This document shows, one piece after another, positions 13,776 through 26,123 of a stretch of 64,000 nt of DNA. Below the pieces are notes generated by a model. The model had not been told where the DNA came from, did no database searches, and saw only the letters and a list, made by a program, of their open reading frames with translations. Within the stretch, counting starts at the first letter, position 1, and each line of letters opens with the position of its first letter. Source of the stretch: Ruditapes philippinarum (lineage: Eukaryota); assembly GCF_026571515.1 (NCBI RefSeq), contig NW_026858977.1:186001-250000 (forward strand), in the 5' to 3' direction. Position numbers and translations under genes: made by a program.

Positions 13776-13950
13776 TGGCTGTAACTGGAGATATTAGGTT
13801 TGTAAGATATGACTGTAACTGGAGATATTAGACTTGTTAAAATCCATCGTTTAATTTGGCTGTAACATGCGATATTAGACTTGTTAAAATCCATCGTTTA
13901 ATTTGGCTGTAACTGGAGATATTAGACTTGTTAAAATCCATCTTTTAATT
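13776..13950 (+). repeat. ~48-bp tandem repeat in the left arm of the IS3EU element
   Basis: TGGCTGTAACTGGAGATATTAGACTTGTTAAAATCCATCGTTTAATT-like unit, about 3.5 copies. Confidence 0.75.
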
Positions 13951-14153
13951 AATGCATTTGAAATGAAATAGAAGCTGAAAATGGTTAGATTTCAGCTAGC
14001 TATTTTCTTTACAGGGGTATTATATATATGCTGACAAAATGTATAGTTTGACAGCTCACAATCATGTTTATTTTCAGGGACTCGGAAAGACTTCGGTCAA
14101 GAAGTTGTCCACCTGAGTAGCCAAGAGGCGGCGAAAGTAACTAGATTCAAATA

Positions 14154-15416
14154 ATGGCTTACATCATTTTCAACACGTTGTTGCTATGTGCATGTTTAGT
14201 TTCTTGCGTAGAAACCATTGTGCCGTCAAATATTCCACATTTTGAAAATGGTCTTACCAGAAATGAACTCATTAAAATATACTTTTTGGAAGGACTTAAG
14301 TACTCTGAAATAGTCCTATTTTTGTTCTGCTACCACAAAATTAAAATAAGTGTTCGTCAATTAAAGCGTGTTTTACAAGGTTTAAATCTAAGAAGACGCC
14401 CTACTCAATACTCGCCGGTGCATGTTATTATAAATATAATAAAAGAGGAGATGCGGGTTAGTGGGGAGTGTATAGGTTATAGATCAATGTGGAAAAGGCT
14501 CATGAAGGATCATGGTGTGGTCGTTAAAAGAAACGAAGTTATGCAAATAATGAGGCATCTAAACCCAAATGCAACGGAACAACGAAAAGCACATAAGTTA
14601 AAACGAAGGATATATTCGGTCAGAGGACCTAATTACGTATGGCATATTGACGGGTACGACAAATTAAAACCGTTTGGTTTCTGTATTCATGGATGCATCG
14701 ATGGTTATAGTCGACGAATAATGTGGCTTGAAGTAGCATGTAGCAATAACGACCCAGCAGTTATCGCAAAATATTATCTTGATTGTTTAAAACACTTTCA
14801 ACTGGCTCCCAGAATTTTAAGGGCTGATAACGGGACAGAGAACAGCAGGGTGAGTTTTCTGCAACCGCTTTTTAGATATCATTCGACCGACAGTATGGCC
14901 GGCATTAAGAGTTTTATGTATGGGAAGAGCACGGCAAACCAGAAGATAGAACAGTGGTGGGGGACAATGCGGAAGCTTGGTATTCACTGGTGGATCAATT
15001 TTTTCAAAGACATATGGGATTCAGGATTGTTTGATATTCAAAACATGGTGATAAAAGAATGCGTGAGATTTTGTTTTATGGATGCCTTACAAACGGATTT
15101 GGATAGAATTGCTCAACATTGGAATTCTCACGATATCCGACGTCAGAAACGTTACGTCGAACTGCCGTCGGGAAAGCCAGATGTTATGTATTTTGTCCCT
15201 GAAATTACTAATGGGTACGACTTTAAGACATACGTGAATCCAGATGATGTGAACATGTGCATTCAGTTGTACGGAAAAGAAAAAGAAACATGCAGTGCAA
15301 AATTTAAAGAAATAATCAACATTATAAAACCTGGTGTACGAGTTCCTGTCCACCCATACGAGGCATTGCTGCTTTTTATTGAGCTAAATGATATTTTGGA
15401 AACATATCTATCATAG
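14154..15416 (+). CDS. IS3EU-type DDE transposase (retroviral integrase-core family)
   Basis: 420-aa uninterrupted ORF. HTH-like N-terminal region (ISVRQLKRVLQGLNLRRR; GYRSMWKRL). Catalytic motifs WHIDGYDKLKPFGFCIHGCIDGYSRR, RADNGTEN and NQKIEQWW (D, D, E). Lies inside the TIRs. Confidence 0.9.
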   Translation: MAYIIFNTLLLCACLVSCVETIVPSNIPHFENGLTRNELIKIYFLEGLKYSEIVLFLFCYHKIKISVRQLKRVLQGLNLRRRPTQYSPVHVIINIIKEEMRVSGECIGYRSMWKRLMKDHGVVVKRNEVMQIMRHLNPNATEQRKAHKLKRRIYSVRGPNYVWHIDGYDKLKPFGFCIHGCIDGYSRRIMWLEVACSNNDPAVIAKYYLDCLKHFQLAPRILRADNGTENSRVSFLQPLFRYHSTDSMAGIKSFMYGKSTANQKIEQWWGTMRKLGIHWWINFFKDIWDSGLFDIQNMVIKECVRFCFMDALQTDLDRIAQHWNSHDIRRQKRYVELPSGKPDVMYFVPEITNGYDFKTYVNPDDVNMCIQLYGKEKETCSAKFKEIINIIKPGVRVPVHPYEALLLFIELNDILETYLS

Positions 15417-16278
15417 ACAATTTCGTTCAAAATTGTTAGTCAGTTAAGTCAATACATATGAGCATCAACTTACTTCCTTTATAACCGACTTTGATTTTAT
15501 TCATACCATGATATTATTCCAATCATTAAGTATAGATATGCCTTAACTGACTTAGAATGTCTGGTCACAGATTAGAATGGAAACAATCGTTGGACATACT
15601 ACATGTAACACTAATGTCTGAAGTTAATCTTCAGCTTTGCAATAGTTTAAATGGGTTTCAGTTTATTCTAGAAAGCCATTTTTCACAATTAATTAAGTTT
15701 AAAACGCTTAAAAAGTACTACTTAAAAAGACTGAACATCCCTTAATTTATAGATTTTTTACGTCTCAAACAATAGTTTATTTTTCATAATAAGAAAAAAA
15801 ACGACGTGTTTTACTCCAGGCAATAAATTAAATAAATTCAACATACATCCTATGGGCTTTTCTTATTTTAAACTGAAAAATAACAGTCTTTACAATAACT
15901 TACATAAGATATAAAATATTATAGATTAAGCATTGTGAAAATAATTATTCAGTAAAATAAAAATGTCACTTATTTTTTTCTGCTTTGTGTATTTCAAATC
16001 ATGTCAGCAATCGGAATTCATCAATCATGTTCTGTTAATATAGTACATGAATGTTCATGGACTGTACTGCTTTTGCACAATAAACTATGTATATACATAG
16101 TTGATTTATATAGTCATCATTCATAAACAATTACTACTTTCGAACAAAAAAACTGTTGTTTTTCTATTTAAATGCTTTGTCATAGTTACCAATGTCAAAA
16201 TCTCCTGAAGAAATCCGTCCTTTCAGATTTTGGGAGAATGTGAAAGATTACAGTGTACCATGCCAGAGCAACCTCGTA

Positions 16279-16410
16279 TTTAGCTTACCTGAGCACAACG
16301 TGGTCATAGTGAGCTATTGTGATGACCCGTGTCCGTCGTCGTGCGTCGTCTGTCGTCAACAACATTTCATCCTATACCTCATGGCAAATTGCAACCAAAC
16401 TTTACACAAG
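16279..16410 (+). mobile_element. Truncated HINE-type 5' end nested in the IS3EU element
   Basis: TTTAGCTTACCTGAGCACAACGTG...GTGAGCTATTGTGAT followed by a GTCCGTCGTC microsatellite. Confidence 0.5.
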
Positions 16411-19400
16411 ATAACCTTAGGTCACTGTTTACAGCGTTCACAAGAAATAGCCCATCAAAACACCGAAAAGGTTTACTTCTTATTTCAACGTATTTCTCCA
16501 TCTAAGCTGAATTTCCAAACTAAACAATTTTGTGAAGCTAAATACGTACGTATGTATGTCTGGTTTAAGGCACTTTTTGCTATTTTTTTCATTGAATACT
16601 TTTTGTTTAACTGACGATAAAGTGTAACTTATTTGTTAATTTTTTTAACAATGTTGATATTTACCACTAAATCAAATCAAAAACGTATAATTATTGTATC
16701 AAAGATCCGTCTCATATATAAAAAACAGACATCATTCTACCTGTATTTGAGTGGTCTACTATCAAGTCGAGCTGCTTTCAAAAACGTTTTCGAAAAACAA
16801 CAGTGTATTTTGTACAGTGTAGCAAAAAGACAAGTGAGTTAGATTTAATTTTTATTGTCACACCGTCACAACCATAAGCTGAATAGTATGGAGGCTATTT
16901 GTTGCCAAAAATCCAGCTTTGTTGATCTGAGTTGAACAGTTTGTTTACGAACAAAATACAGTTGTATTTCTTTGTATGTAAACTCCAATGTTGCATTCTT
17001 GGATTGAGTTTGTCGATTTAAAATTTTAAACATGTATTTCAACAAATACATTTTGTTAAACGATAAATCTTTAACTGTTCTTAGTGTAGCAATACCAAGT
17101 GTTCATCATAATATGCGGAATACTCATTGTTCATGTATACGCCGACAAAACATAAGTTACTTTCTAAGCTTTACATTGTCAAACCCTCATGATTCGGAAC
17201 AGCACAATCCAGCTATACACGTTTTGCAAAAGCGATAAATAAGCTCCGCCCATTTCCCCGCCCACATCACCATCGTAATCAAACGTATTTATCCGCTCGC
17301 ACCAGCGTAGTTTCCGAGATCATAGACGCTTGGGGTCCTGTGCCCCCAAGTGCCAAAGTACTTTATTGAGACTTGATGGTTAAGGTATTTTTCAGACATG
17401 TAGAAATTATTTGAAAACCAGCTTTATCGTTGTAGCTCTTAAATATTTGGCGTCCGCGCCGAAGCGCGGCGCCTTTTATGTAATGAAATCAGATTTTGTG
17501 AAAGGGCGACAGCAACTTCTCGAGCCTTTTATAGTTGTTCATAATAAAAGCCGATCATTCCGATCGGTATGAGGGTGCTTGATTATTAATTAGTCGCGAT
17601 ATGTACAATGAATAGCGAACTGGAGAATTTCGCAATGCAAACATTTTCAAATGAAATCACCTTTTCCGTCAATAAATCGCGCTCCTCGGGGTATTTTTAT
17701 TTATCATTTTGTAGCACACAGTGGGTTATTATGGTATGTTATTCCGAAAGCTGTAAATAGAATGATGAGTTGATGACCTAAATATTCCGAAAATCTATTT
17801 ATAGAGGGATGTACTCCTATCGGTAATTCCCGGTCTCTCCTGGTCTATTTTGACCGGGATTTACTAGTGATATCGTTACAGAACAAAACAAATATTTTAC
17901 AGATAAATAAGCTTTTTTTCAAAATGAATGTTAGTTTGGTTACAATAATTAATAAACACAGATCAACTCTCAAATTTATTGATTATTATTATACATAAAC
18001 ATACAATTCGACAAAAAAAAACGAAAACAACACAAATCGCATGTTTTATTTTATCTATATGAGATCAAAACAATAAATATGTACAATAATTGAGAAAAAA
18101 TGTACATTTTTATGGCATTAATATGACACTATCAACTTTGAAACATTTTATTTAATTTGTTATTCGTGTTTAGTAAAGATGCCGAGGAATTATTACAAAT
18201 CAAGTACAAAAAAGTTACAAATCAGATTTTATGAATTATTCAATTGATTGATAATTTAAAAAATGATAAAGAAAAATACAAATGTACATGTATATGGTTT
18301 AAGAATAAACAATATTATATATTGAAAGATTAACCATAGTTTACTGACTTTTTCCAGTTAAGTTTTGACTTAATTATAATCGTCGGTCAATATGACAATT
18401 GAATTCTTAAAATAGTAGTAAACGTAAAAACTCAGTATTAAAATAGCGCATAAAACACAAAAAAGAAAAGAAAACAATATTCATAAAATCTGTATTTTTT
18501 ATTAAAATAAATATTACAATTATTGTATAATAAACAATTATGCTCAACATGATCAACATGGTAATATAACAAATGTCATATTGTTACTAAGTGTGAACAG
18601 ATACCTTAAGAGGGGGTCTTCGCTCATAGCGATAAAATAATAAGGGACAATTACACAAGTGTGGTGTTGATCATGCGTTACACATATGGATTATAAATGA
18701 TTGTATACATGTATATCCGTTGCTATTAATAACCACGATCATAAAGAAATAACAAGTAATATTCTAATTTCTAGCATGCCAATCAAAGTTATAAGTAATG
18801 AACAATGTCTTTCGTCCGTTCATTCATAAGTGATATACAATTCTGGTAAAAACCAATGAACCATTGAAAAGTTTATAAGAATATCTTGTCATAATATATC
18901 TACTAGTTCATCTACACTTGCTGCATTCCTTGCTTGGACGCCCTTTGATGCTTTGCATCAATGCTTTTCTTGTACAATATTTTGATAGAGTGTTTCAGGG
19001 CCGTATCACCAAGCGTGTGTGATACTGAACAGTACAGCTGTCAATGATTCAGTGCAAAGCATATCAACGATATATAGTATAGATATCGGAAGACAAATAA
19101 CAACGCTACACCGATATAAAAATAACCTATAATTACTTGTCTCATTCATTTTCATACGTATTTAAATAATTTCAGTTAAAATCATGTTCTGTTCGGTGTC
19201 TTGTAAAAGCCCTTGCATTACTTTTTTCCAGATCATTCTTTTTGTCATGATTGCTGTGAAATATTTCCACTGTGTTACAACAGCATAATGTTAGACATGG
19301 ATACCTGCTTTTGTATATCATATGTTTTGGGTGAATTTTTCATAATTTCTAGATATTTACTTAAATGTCAACATTGTCGATTTTTTAAATGTGTATCGAT

Positions 19401-20453
19401 TATTGATCGACAAAAATATCAACGAAACATCGATATTGTTTCTATTGATGGCATATACTGTATAGGTATATATTATATTTGTTTTTCAATAATAATATTC
19501 AAATGAGTCCAAAGTTAAGTATGTTGATTATCAATTTATGTAGATCTATACCTTGTTTAATTTATCTGTAAGAAAGACATCACTTACAAAAATCAATAAA
19601 TATTCTGTGTATTATTTCTTGTACATAAAAATAGTTCTCTGCTTTTGATCAGAAAGACAGCATGTCTTAAGGTTAGAGCTATTGACAGTATATATGGCAC
19701 AGATCTTAGAGCTTTCACTGATTTAGTTTTAAATGCTTAAAACAGGGTTTGCTGAACACATCAACTTACATATATTATTTAGTTCCTTAGTTACTGATTG
19801 GAAACCATTTGGTCAACGGACCGAAGTACCGACAAACGGACAAATGCAAAGCAATAAACACCAACTTCTTTGAAAGGGGGGGGGGGGCATAACTAGTCAA
19901 GACGGATATTATACCAAATCCCATTGGCAATTTTTGTCAAAATAAATCTTATTTGATTGACGAAAAAGAAACTAATCGTGTCACAAGAGGCAATGCCCTT
20001 TCCAGCCAGTGTACCAGAAGAAATAGCCACCATGACTTTGGTCAAGACAGGGAATCTAGGTACCTGGTCAAGATAAGAAAACAACTGTTGAGGTACTTGA
20101 TACATTTATTGACGTATAGAACATACATTGCATCACATAAATGATAGATTGTTGTATAAAGTTTTTTCTTTTTCCAGCACCACTGGGGTTTTTATAATAG
20201 TGAAAAATTGACACTTTACATTCTGCAAGAAATATATAAAGTCATGACCATGGGCAGGCCACAAACGTATAACCATCAGACAATGACAAGTCACAGTGGT
20301 TTTCAAGTCTAATCCAAAAGTAAAAATCAGTAACTAAATTATTGTAAACCCTTCAACTCTCTATACAAGTTTTACTTGATACTGAGACAGATTAGTGATG
20401 ATTTATTTCGAACAACTCAGTACATTATGAAGAACACTCATAGACTGAAACAG

Positions 20454-23400
20454 TTAATCATATTTGTACAATTGTTCATCAACAATTATTCCTGCTGAAT
20501 ATTCTCCAGGACTAGTAACTTTCAAAACTGATGCATTTATTCCTTCCAAAATAAGATGACCATCCTTGTACCACTGATAATATATATTTTTGTTATGCAA
20601 TGGTGTAAGCAATCCCAACATTAAATCACCATTATTTATTCCATAAATTTTATCTGGACCATGCATTATTATTTCAGGATGAGCAGATGGAGTGAAACAG
20701 CATAATTTATAAGACCCGTCTTCTAATTCAGTTAAATACAGATTGTTATCCTTTTCAACATGGACTAATAAAAAATCATCATTGGTGATACAGTTATAGT
20801 CTTCATATGCCATATCATGTACTGAAGAATCATAACATTGTCTCATAGACCAGTATGAAATTGTAGACACATTCTCATCATACCTAGAAAATAATTTCCT
20901 TTTGTATTTAAGTTCAATATGACCAGGTATACTGTTGTTAACTAAAAGATCTGTCACCATATTTTCCTCAACATTCTCTCTTACATCTTCAGAGGCACAT
21001 GATGTAAATTCAGACTTTTGCTTTGTTCTTATATACAAATGGTACTGTGAGGAGAACAGCCCGTGGGACTTAAGATATGTTTGAAAAGAACATGGATCAC
21101 CATCTGTGTTCATAAAACTTTCTAAATTTTCCCCAGCAAAACTACCTAGTGAAATGTCCATGTCCTTTAGGTCACCTAATTGACTTTTACCCTGAGGGAA
21201 ATATAACTTTGTGCCCCTTTCAATTATTTTCTCCACTGTTAAATCTTCATCTGCATTGTAGTCAATTTGTCTAACTCCTCCCCCCTTTGTCTTTGTGATT
21301 ACTCTGTATTTCTCATTTGAGAAGTGCTGCCATCCAATATATAGCTTGTAGGTTAAATGCTTTCCTCTACCACCTTTGCCTTCCTTCATGTCCTTTTCCT
21401 TCTGAAAAGTACAAAACTGACAATATGACCAATGACCATTAAAACTGTAATTAACAAGGTGTCAGAATGACAAAAGAGTCTTCATTGTATAAATGTTGAA
21501 AGTTTGTGAATGGCAATCAGTCTTATGACTGGTTAGGTCTAGCACTTGAGCTGAAGTTTTACAGTATTGAAATTCTAGTTGTGCTCGTTAGAAGGCATAA
21601 AAACTATGTTAGGGACTTGTTATTTGTCACTGAAATATGTTTGAATGATTAATAATTTTAGTTTAAATGGGGTACAAGGTATACTCTATCTTTTTAACTA
21701 AAAAAGAAGAGAAAACTTAGAAATGACTTCCACTGTGACACAGTTATGGCCAGTGTTACTAAAGTGAAGGTCATGGGATCAAAATCCCATTCAATGTTGT
21801 TTTTATTCTTTTCTCTTTTTAAAGCATCAAAGAAACACACTGTATATCACACTGTATATCCTTATAGTCAGACAGGACCCAAAAATCAATAATGGTCATC
21901 TACTGGCCAATTAGTCAGGTTATTGTGACATTGACCCAAAAATCAATAATGGTCATCTACTGGCCAAGACCAATGCACCTATGCAGTTTGAGGGACAAGG
22001 GCTCATGGACTGTCAAGTTATTGATCAGAAACAGCTTTAAACTAGGAGATCAATATGATCTTGAACCTTGACCCCTTGACCCAAAAATCAATATGGGCCA
22101 TCTAGTGGCCAAGACCAATGTACCTACCAAGTTTGATGACCATCAGCTCAAGGGTTGTCAAGTTATTGATGTAAAACTGTTTTTGCCCACAAGGTCAATT
22201 TGACCTTGACCCTAAAATCTATAGGGGTCATCTACTGGCAAAGTCCAATGCCCAAATCAAGTTTGAAGTTCCTTGGCCTAAGTGTTCTTTAGTTAAGGAT
22301 TAGAAACCATTTGGTCTACAGACTAACCAACCAACAAATGCAAAGCAATATACCCCCACTTCTTTAAAGGTTGGCATAATAATTTTCAGCTTAAATATGG
22401 AACGCAGTCCCTTTGATAGAAATCTGCCTTTTGAAATTCTTTATAAAAAGCTTTACAGTAGAACTGTACCTTTAGTTAGGTACCAGGTAGATTGGCAAGC
22501 TGGGACTGCAACACTGCTTTTCAAATTGTTGAATGAATCTTCATTTTATTTTTCATTTTATTTCAAACAAATAAGTTCTGTATTATAAGCACTCTAAAAA
22601 ACACAGAATTATCAGATTTTGTTACAATAATGGAGAACCATAGCTTGATTTTTGGAAATTAACTCAGCAATAGGATAAAAATACTGAATATTCAAACCCA
22701 ACTTTTTGTCTACTCGATGTAGTCTTTAAATGAAATAAACAAATTAACAATTAACAAAATTATAGCCATTTCTATTGTAATTCAAAATTATATCTCTTGT
22801 GGGTTTTTTATCCGTTGAAAAGCTCTAAAAGGAGATCTAAATGAAGTTTGATGAAATTTATATAAAACTGTCTAACTTGATGGAATTGGTGAATTTGAAA
22901 GAGATTAGATTTTTGATAATACAATCCCTTAACACCAAAAGTAATTAACACTATTTAGATGGGTATACAATATCTCTAATTTAAGATTATTTTGGTTATA
23001 AAAGACTGACATGGCCATCTTCAATAAATATATTATAGTAAATAAAAGATTGAAGGAGAGAGGGAGCACATAGAAATGTAAAACCATAGCCAAAATTGAA
23101 CTTAAATGATATCTTAAAAATAATCTATAACTTATTTGTTATTCCTTATTACTTATTTGTTATTCCTTATTACTTATTTGTTATTCCTTATTACTTATTC
23201 CTTTTTACTTGTTTATTATTCCTTATTTCCTTTTACTTAATTGATATTCCTTATTTCTTTTTACTCATCCTAGTGTTTACAGTGACAATCTTCCTGACAT
23301 TTGATCAAGATTAAACTTTGACCACTCCATTGTATATTCTCTACCTGTGGTCTGGGCACAGTCTTCAAAAAAAAAAATAATAAAACAAAGTACCAGGAAA

Positions 23401-25457
23401 ATAAAATCTGTCAAAATATAAACTATTGTAGAGTTTTTATTTCAATTGCCAACTGCTTCAAGAGAAAAAAGGAAAACATTTTGTAACTTATAAATGTGCA
23501 AGCCATTTTTTTGAAGACTGTGGTCAATTTAAACAGATTACACATAATTAAGACTGCTAGTGAGACAATACCTTAGGAGCTAGTAAAGCCCTTTTTTCCC
23601 CCTTTCCCTGCTCATCCTTCCTGACTGTATGTCATTTACCAGAGATATAAGTTTTTCTTTTCTTGCCAATTCTTCTGCCTGAAAAGAAAGAACAGAGACT
23701 TTGTCTTTGCCAGTAGTTAATTTACTTGATTACAGTTTATCTTTACCTTAAAATTTGGTTAACTGTCAATGCATTCAGTACTACTATCTGTACAGTTTAT
23801 TAGATTACAGAGATCGCTATTTGACATTAATAAGCTATTTAAGTTTTAATATGACGAGTTATCATTGGCTATTTTAAATTGCTAAAATATGATAAACAAG
23901 ATCAACAAGGAAAGGCGGCGTTCAATGAACGCAACCCCCACATGACCCAGCAACAAGAACCAATGGCAAGGAGCCCAGGGGGACCCCAAACAAAAACAGG
24001 ACAGGGCAAAGACAGAGCACGGACAGGTTAATCATTAAATGATAATTAAGCCACTTGTAGACATAAGTATTTAAAGCTTGTGCTAAACTTGTATGTGAAA
24101 TGTGTTCAATCTCATCCGGAGCAATGGTATGGTGATTTGCCATATATGTACATAAACTGATTTGTAGAATAAACAACTGGACAATATGAAACTTTGCACT
24201 TCAAACAATTTTTTCTGTTTAGCTTAGACTAGTAAGGAAAGTAATTCTGTAAAGAAATAAGCAGTGATTTTTTTACCTCTGCATCCTGAGTACAGAACTC
24301 ATTGAATTTGCTGTGGATGCAAAGTTTCAAATATTAATGTGCATCTTTTGGATGCATACTTTTTTTTGAGTAGGGAGTCCTGTCTGACAGGAATTTGGTA
24401 ATAAATACCAAATTGTGTTCAAGTTATGTCAATCATATTCTAGGTCTGCAAATCTTCTACAGATAAGAAATAATAATGTGCTATACTATAGATAAGCATA
24501 AAAATATTAAGGAAAATGAAGTTTTGATTAATCTCAAACTAAATTAATGGAAAAAACTTATTAAATTTATTTGACAGTTTTGAATAATTTCAGTAGCAGA
24601 AGCATTGTAATAAATGTAGAAATCAAATTCATTTTTTCTTCATTCCATTGTTAATATACCTTTCATTTCACTAAAGCAATATTAAGCCTTGTAACTTGGA
24701 TTTGTCAGCTAAATTTTAGGACTCATAGATTTATAGCCCAGCGAGTCCTAGGACCCACAATGATGAGTTTGTAAAAAAATCACTGAATAAGTCCTTGAGC
24801 TTTAGCCTTTGAAGAGGTGCATATTCTTTATTGCATATTGAAATAATACATGGCGTATGCAGGCATAGAAAAATATTTTCTGAGTCATTACCCATATACG
24901 CCTATAATACTATATATAAAGAATATTCTACTATTATAGGCGTATATAGGTAAATTAATTGTGTCTAGTGCCTGTGGACAAATTGATGGTCAGCATGTTT
25001 TTTATGAACATAAATGAATCATAAGCTATGTCAGAGACTTAGATAACATTATCTACTAGTCCAGCACCAAATTCTCTTAAATTCTACTCGTAATTATAAC
25101 TCAGAATGTAGGCTTTGCACGTCAAAATAATACACACCTGACATTACAAATGGCGATCCAAAAACAAGGGAGGAAATTATGCAAGAAACTTGGGTTTGAC
25201 TATTTACCGCAAAACACCTACCAAAAGACGAATATCGCAAACTGAAAAGAATACAATTATACACCAATGTAGTATGAATTTCATGTTCATTGTAGGAGTA
25301 TGTAAAATTGGTCTCTTGTCCCCAAATGTCTTTGGAAACTATCTGGTCATGGAGTGAAAGCCAGAAGAAAACAACAATGATTTAACGATCAGGCGCAAAA
25401 ACAATCTCTGATAAAATAATCCTTTACCTGGAAGTCGTCATCACTGCCGGAGTCCAT
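20454..25457 (-). CDS. Second (accessory) gene of the IS3EU element; spliced, includes an Ig-like segment; probably partly decayed
   Basis: Phase-0 exons 25457-25428 (MDSGSDDDFQ), 23678-23572 (AEELARKEKLISLVNDIQSGR..., 107 nt, so 1 nt short, probably in a homopolymer run) and 21401-20454 (KEKDMKEG...IGWQHF...KGGGVR...YQWYKDGHLILEGINASVLKVTSPGEYSA). The ATG is about 117 bp inside the right end. Other exons may be missed. Confidence 0.6.
21860..22379 (-). mobile_element. HINE-type element with degenerate tandem units, in an intron of the IS3EU second gene (a shorter relative lies at 19790-19892)
   Basis: Minus-strand start TTATGCC...GAAGTGGGGGTATATTGCTTTGCATTTGTTGGTTGG. Recurring units TGACCC-AAAATCAATA-GGTCATCTACTGGCCAAG. 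Confidence 0.6.
23130..23255 (+). repeat. 21-bp minisatellite
   Basis: ACTTATTTGTTATTCCTTATT, 3 perfect copies plus degenerate ones. Confidence 0.75.
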
Positions 25458-26123
25458 GTTGTTGATTGTTCCCGCGTTTAAAACTCGTAACTTGTAAGAG
25501 ATAACAAATAACAATTAAGTAATAACTAAAAACAAATAACCAATAACAAAAAATGGCCCTCCAGGGCTTCCATAATTTTTGCATTGTTGCCAACGTTTAT
25601 TATTTTTGCATTATAAAATAGTTTTTGTAGAAATTGCTTAAGTTTTGTTTACATTTTGGATTGATGCAATAATCAAAGTGGCTTTGAACAAATAATCATT
25701 GCTTTTATAGATTGTTGTAGTTTTAGCAATGAACCTGGTTAAGGTTTGATTTAATGATTGAGTTTGCATGTGGATTGAGACCTCACTTGTTGTCATTATT
25801 TATTACTATAAATCTGTTGGGGCTAGTTTGTGTATCAGTCTGTGAGATTTTAGTTTGGTAACTCTGTCAACGGTCACCTTCATAAATTCTGGAGAAGAGG
25901 CCTACAATTGTTGTGTTTAGGAAACTTAATCATTGGTTACCATCATAAATATTCCAGGAATCAGTCTGTTTCTGGTAGGTTACTTGGTCAACACTTGTGG
26001 TCATGAATAAAGAAGGCTTATATTTGTCAATTAACACTAGGGTAACCTCCAAATAGTGAGAGATAAGGTATTTCATATAAATACTGGTACAAGATTTTCA
26101 AGAGTGAGGTTCAAGATACTTAA

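Larger units (their letters stand above)
13595..25574. mobile_element. Full-length IS3EU-type DNA transposon (~12 kb) with two convergent genes and nested insertions
   Basis: TIR TATGGAAGCCCTGGAGGG(A/C)CATTTTTTGTTATT at both ends, followed by TTATTTG-type subterminal repeats. Exact 6-bp TSD ATTTTT (13589-13594 and 25575-25580). TAY..RTA ends with a 6-bp TSD are the described IS3EU signature. Confidence 0.88.

Noticed and set aside
14154-15416. LTR retrotransposon integrase or bacterial IS3 contamination
   Set aside because: No LTRs, RT or gag. It is bounded by TIRs with a 6-bp TSD, has a spliced partner gene and is embedded in host repeats.
19893-20450. Possible decayed kinase-like continuation of the IS3EU second gene (HLCDAMYVL, TKIA..MGFG)
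   Set aside because: Multiple stops and frameshifts and no intact HRD or DFG motif; too weak to call by eye.
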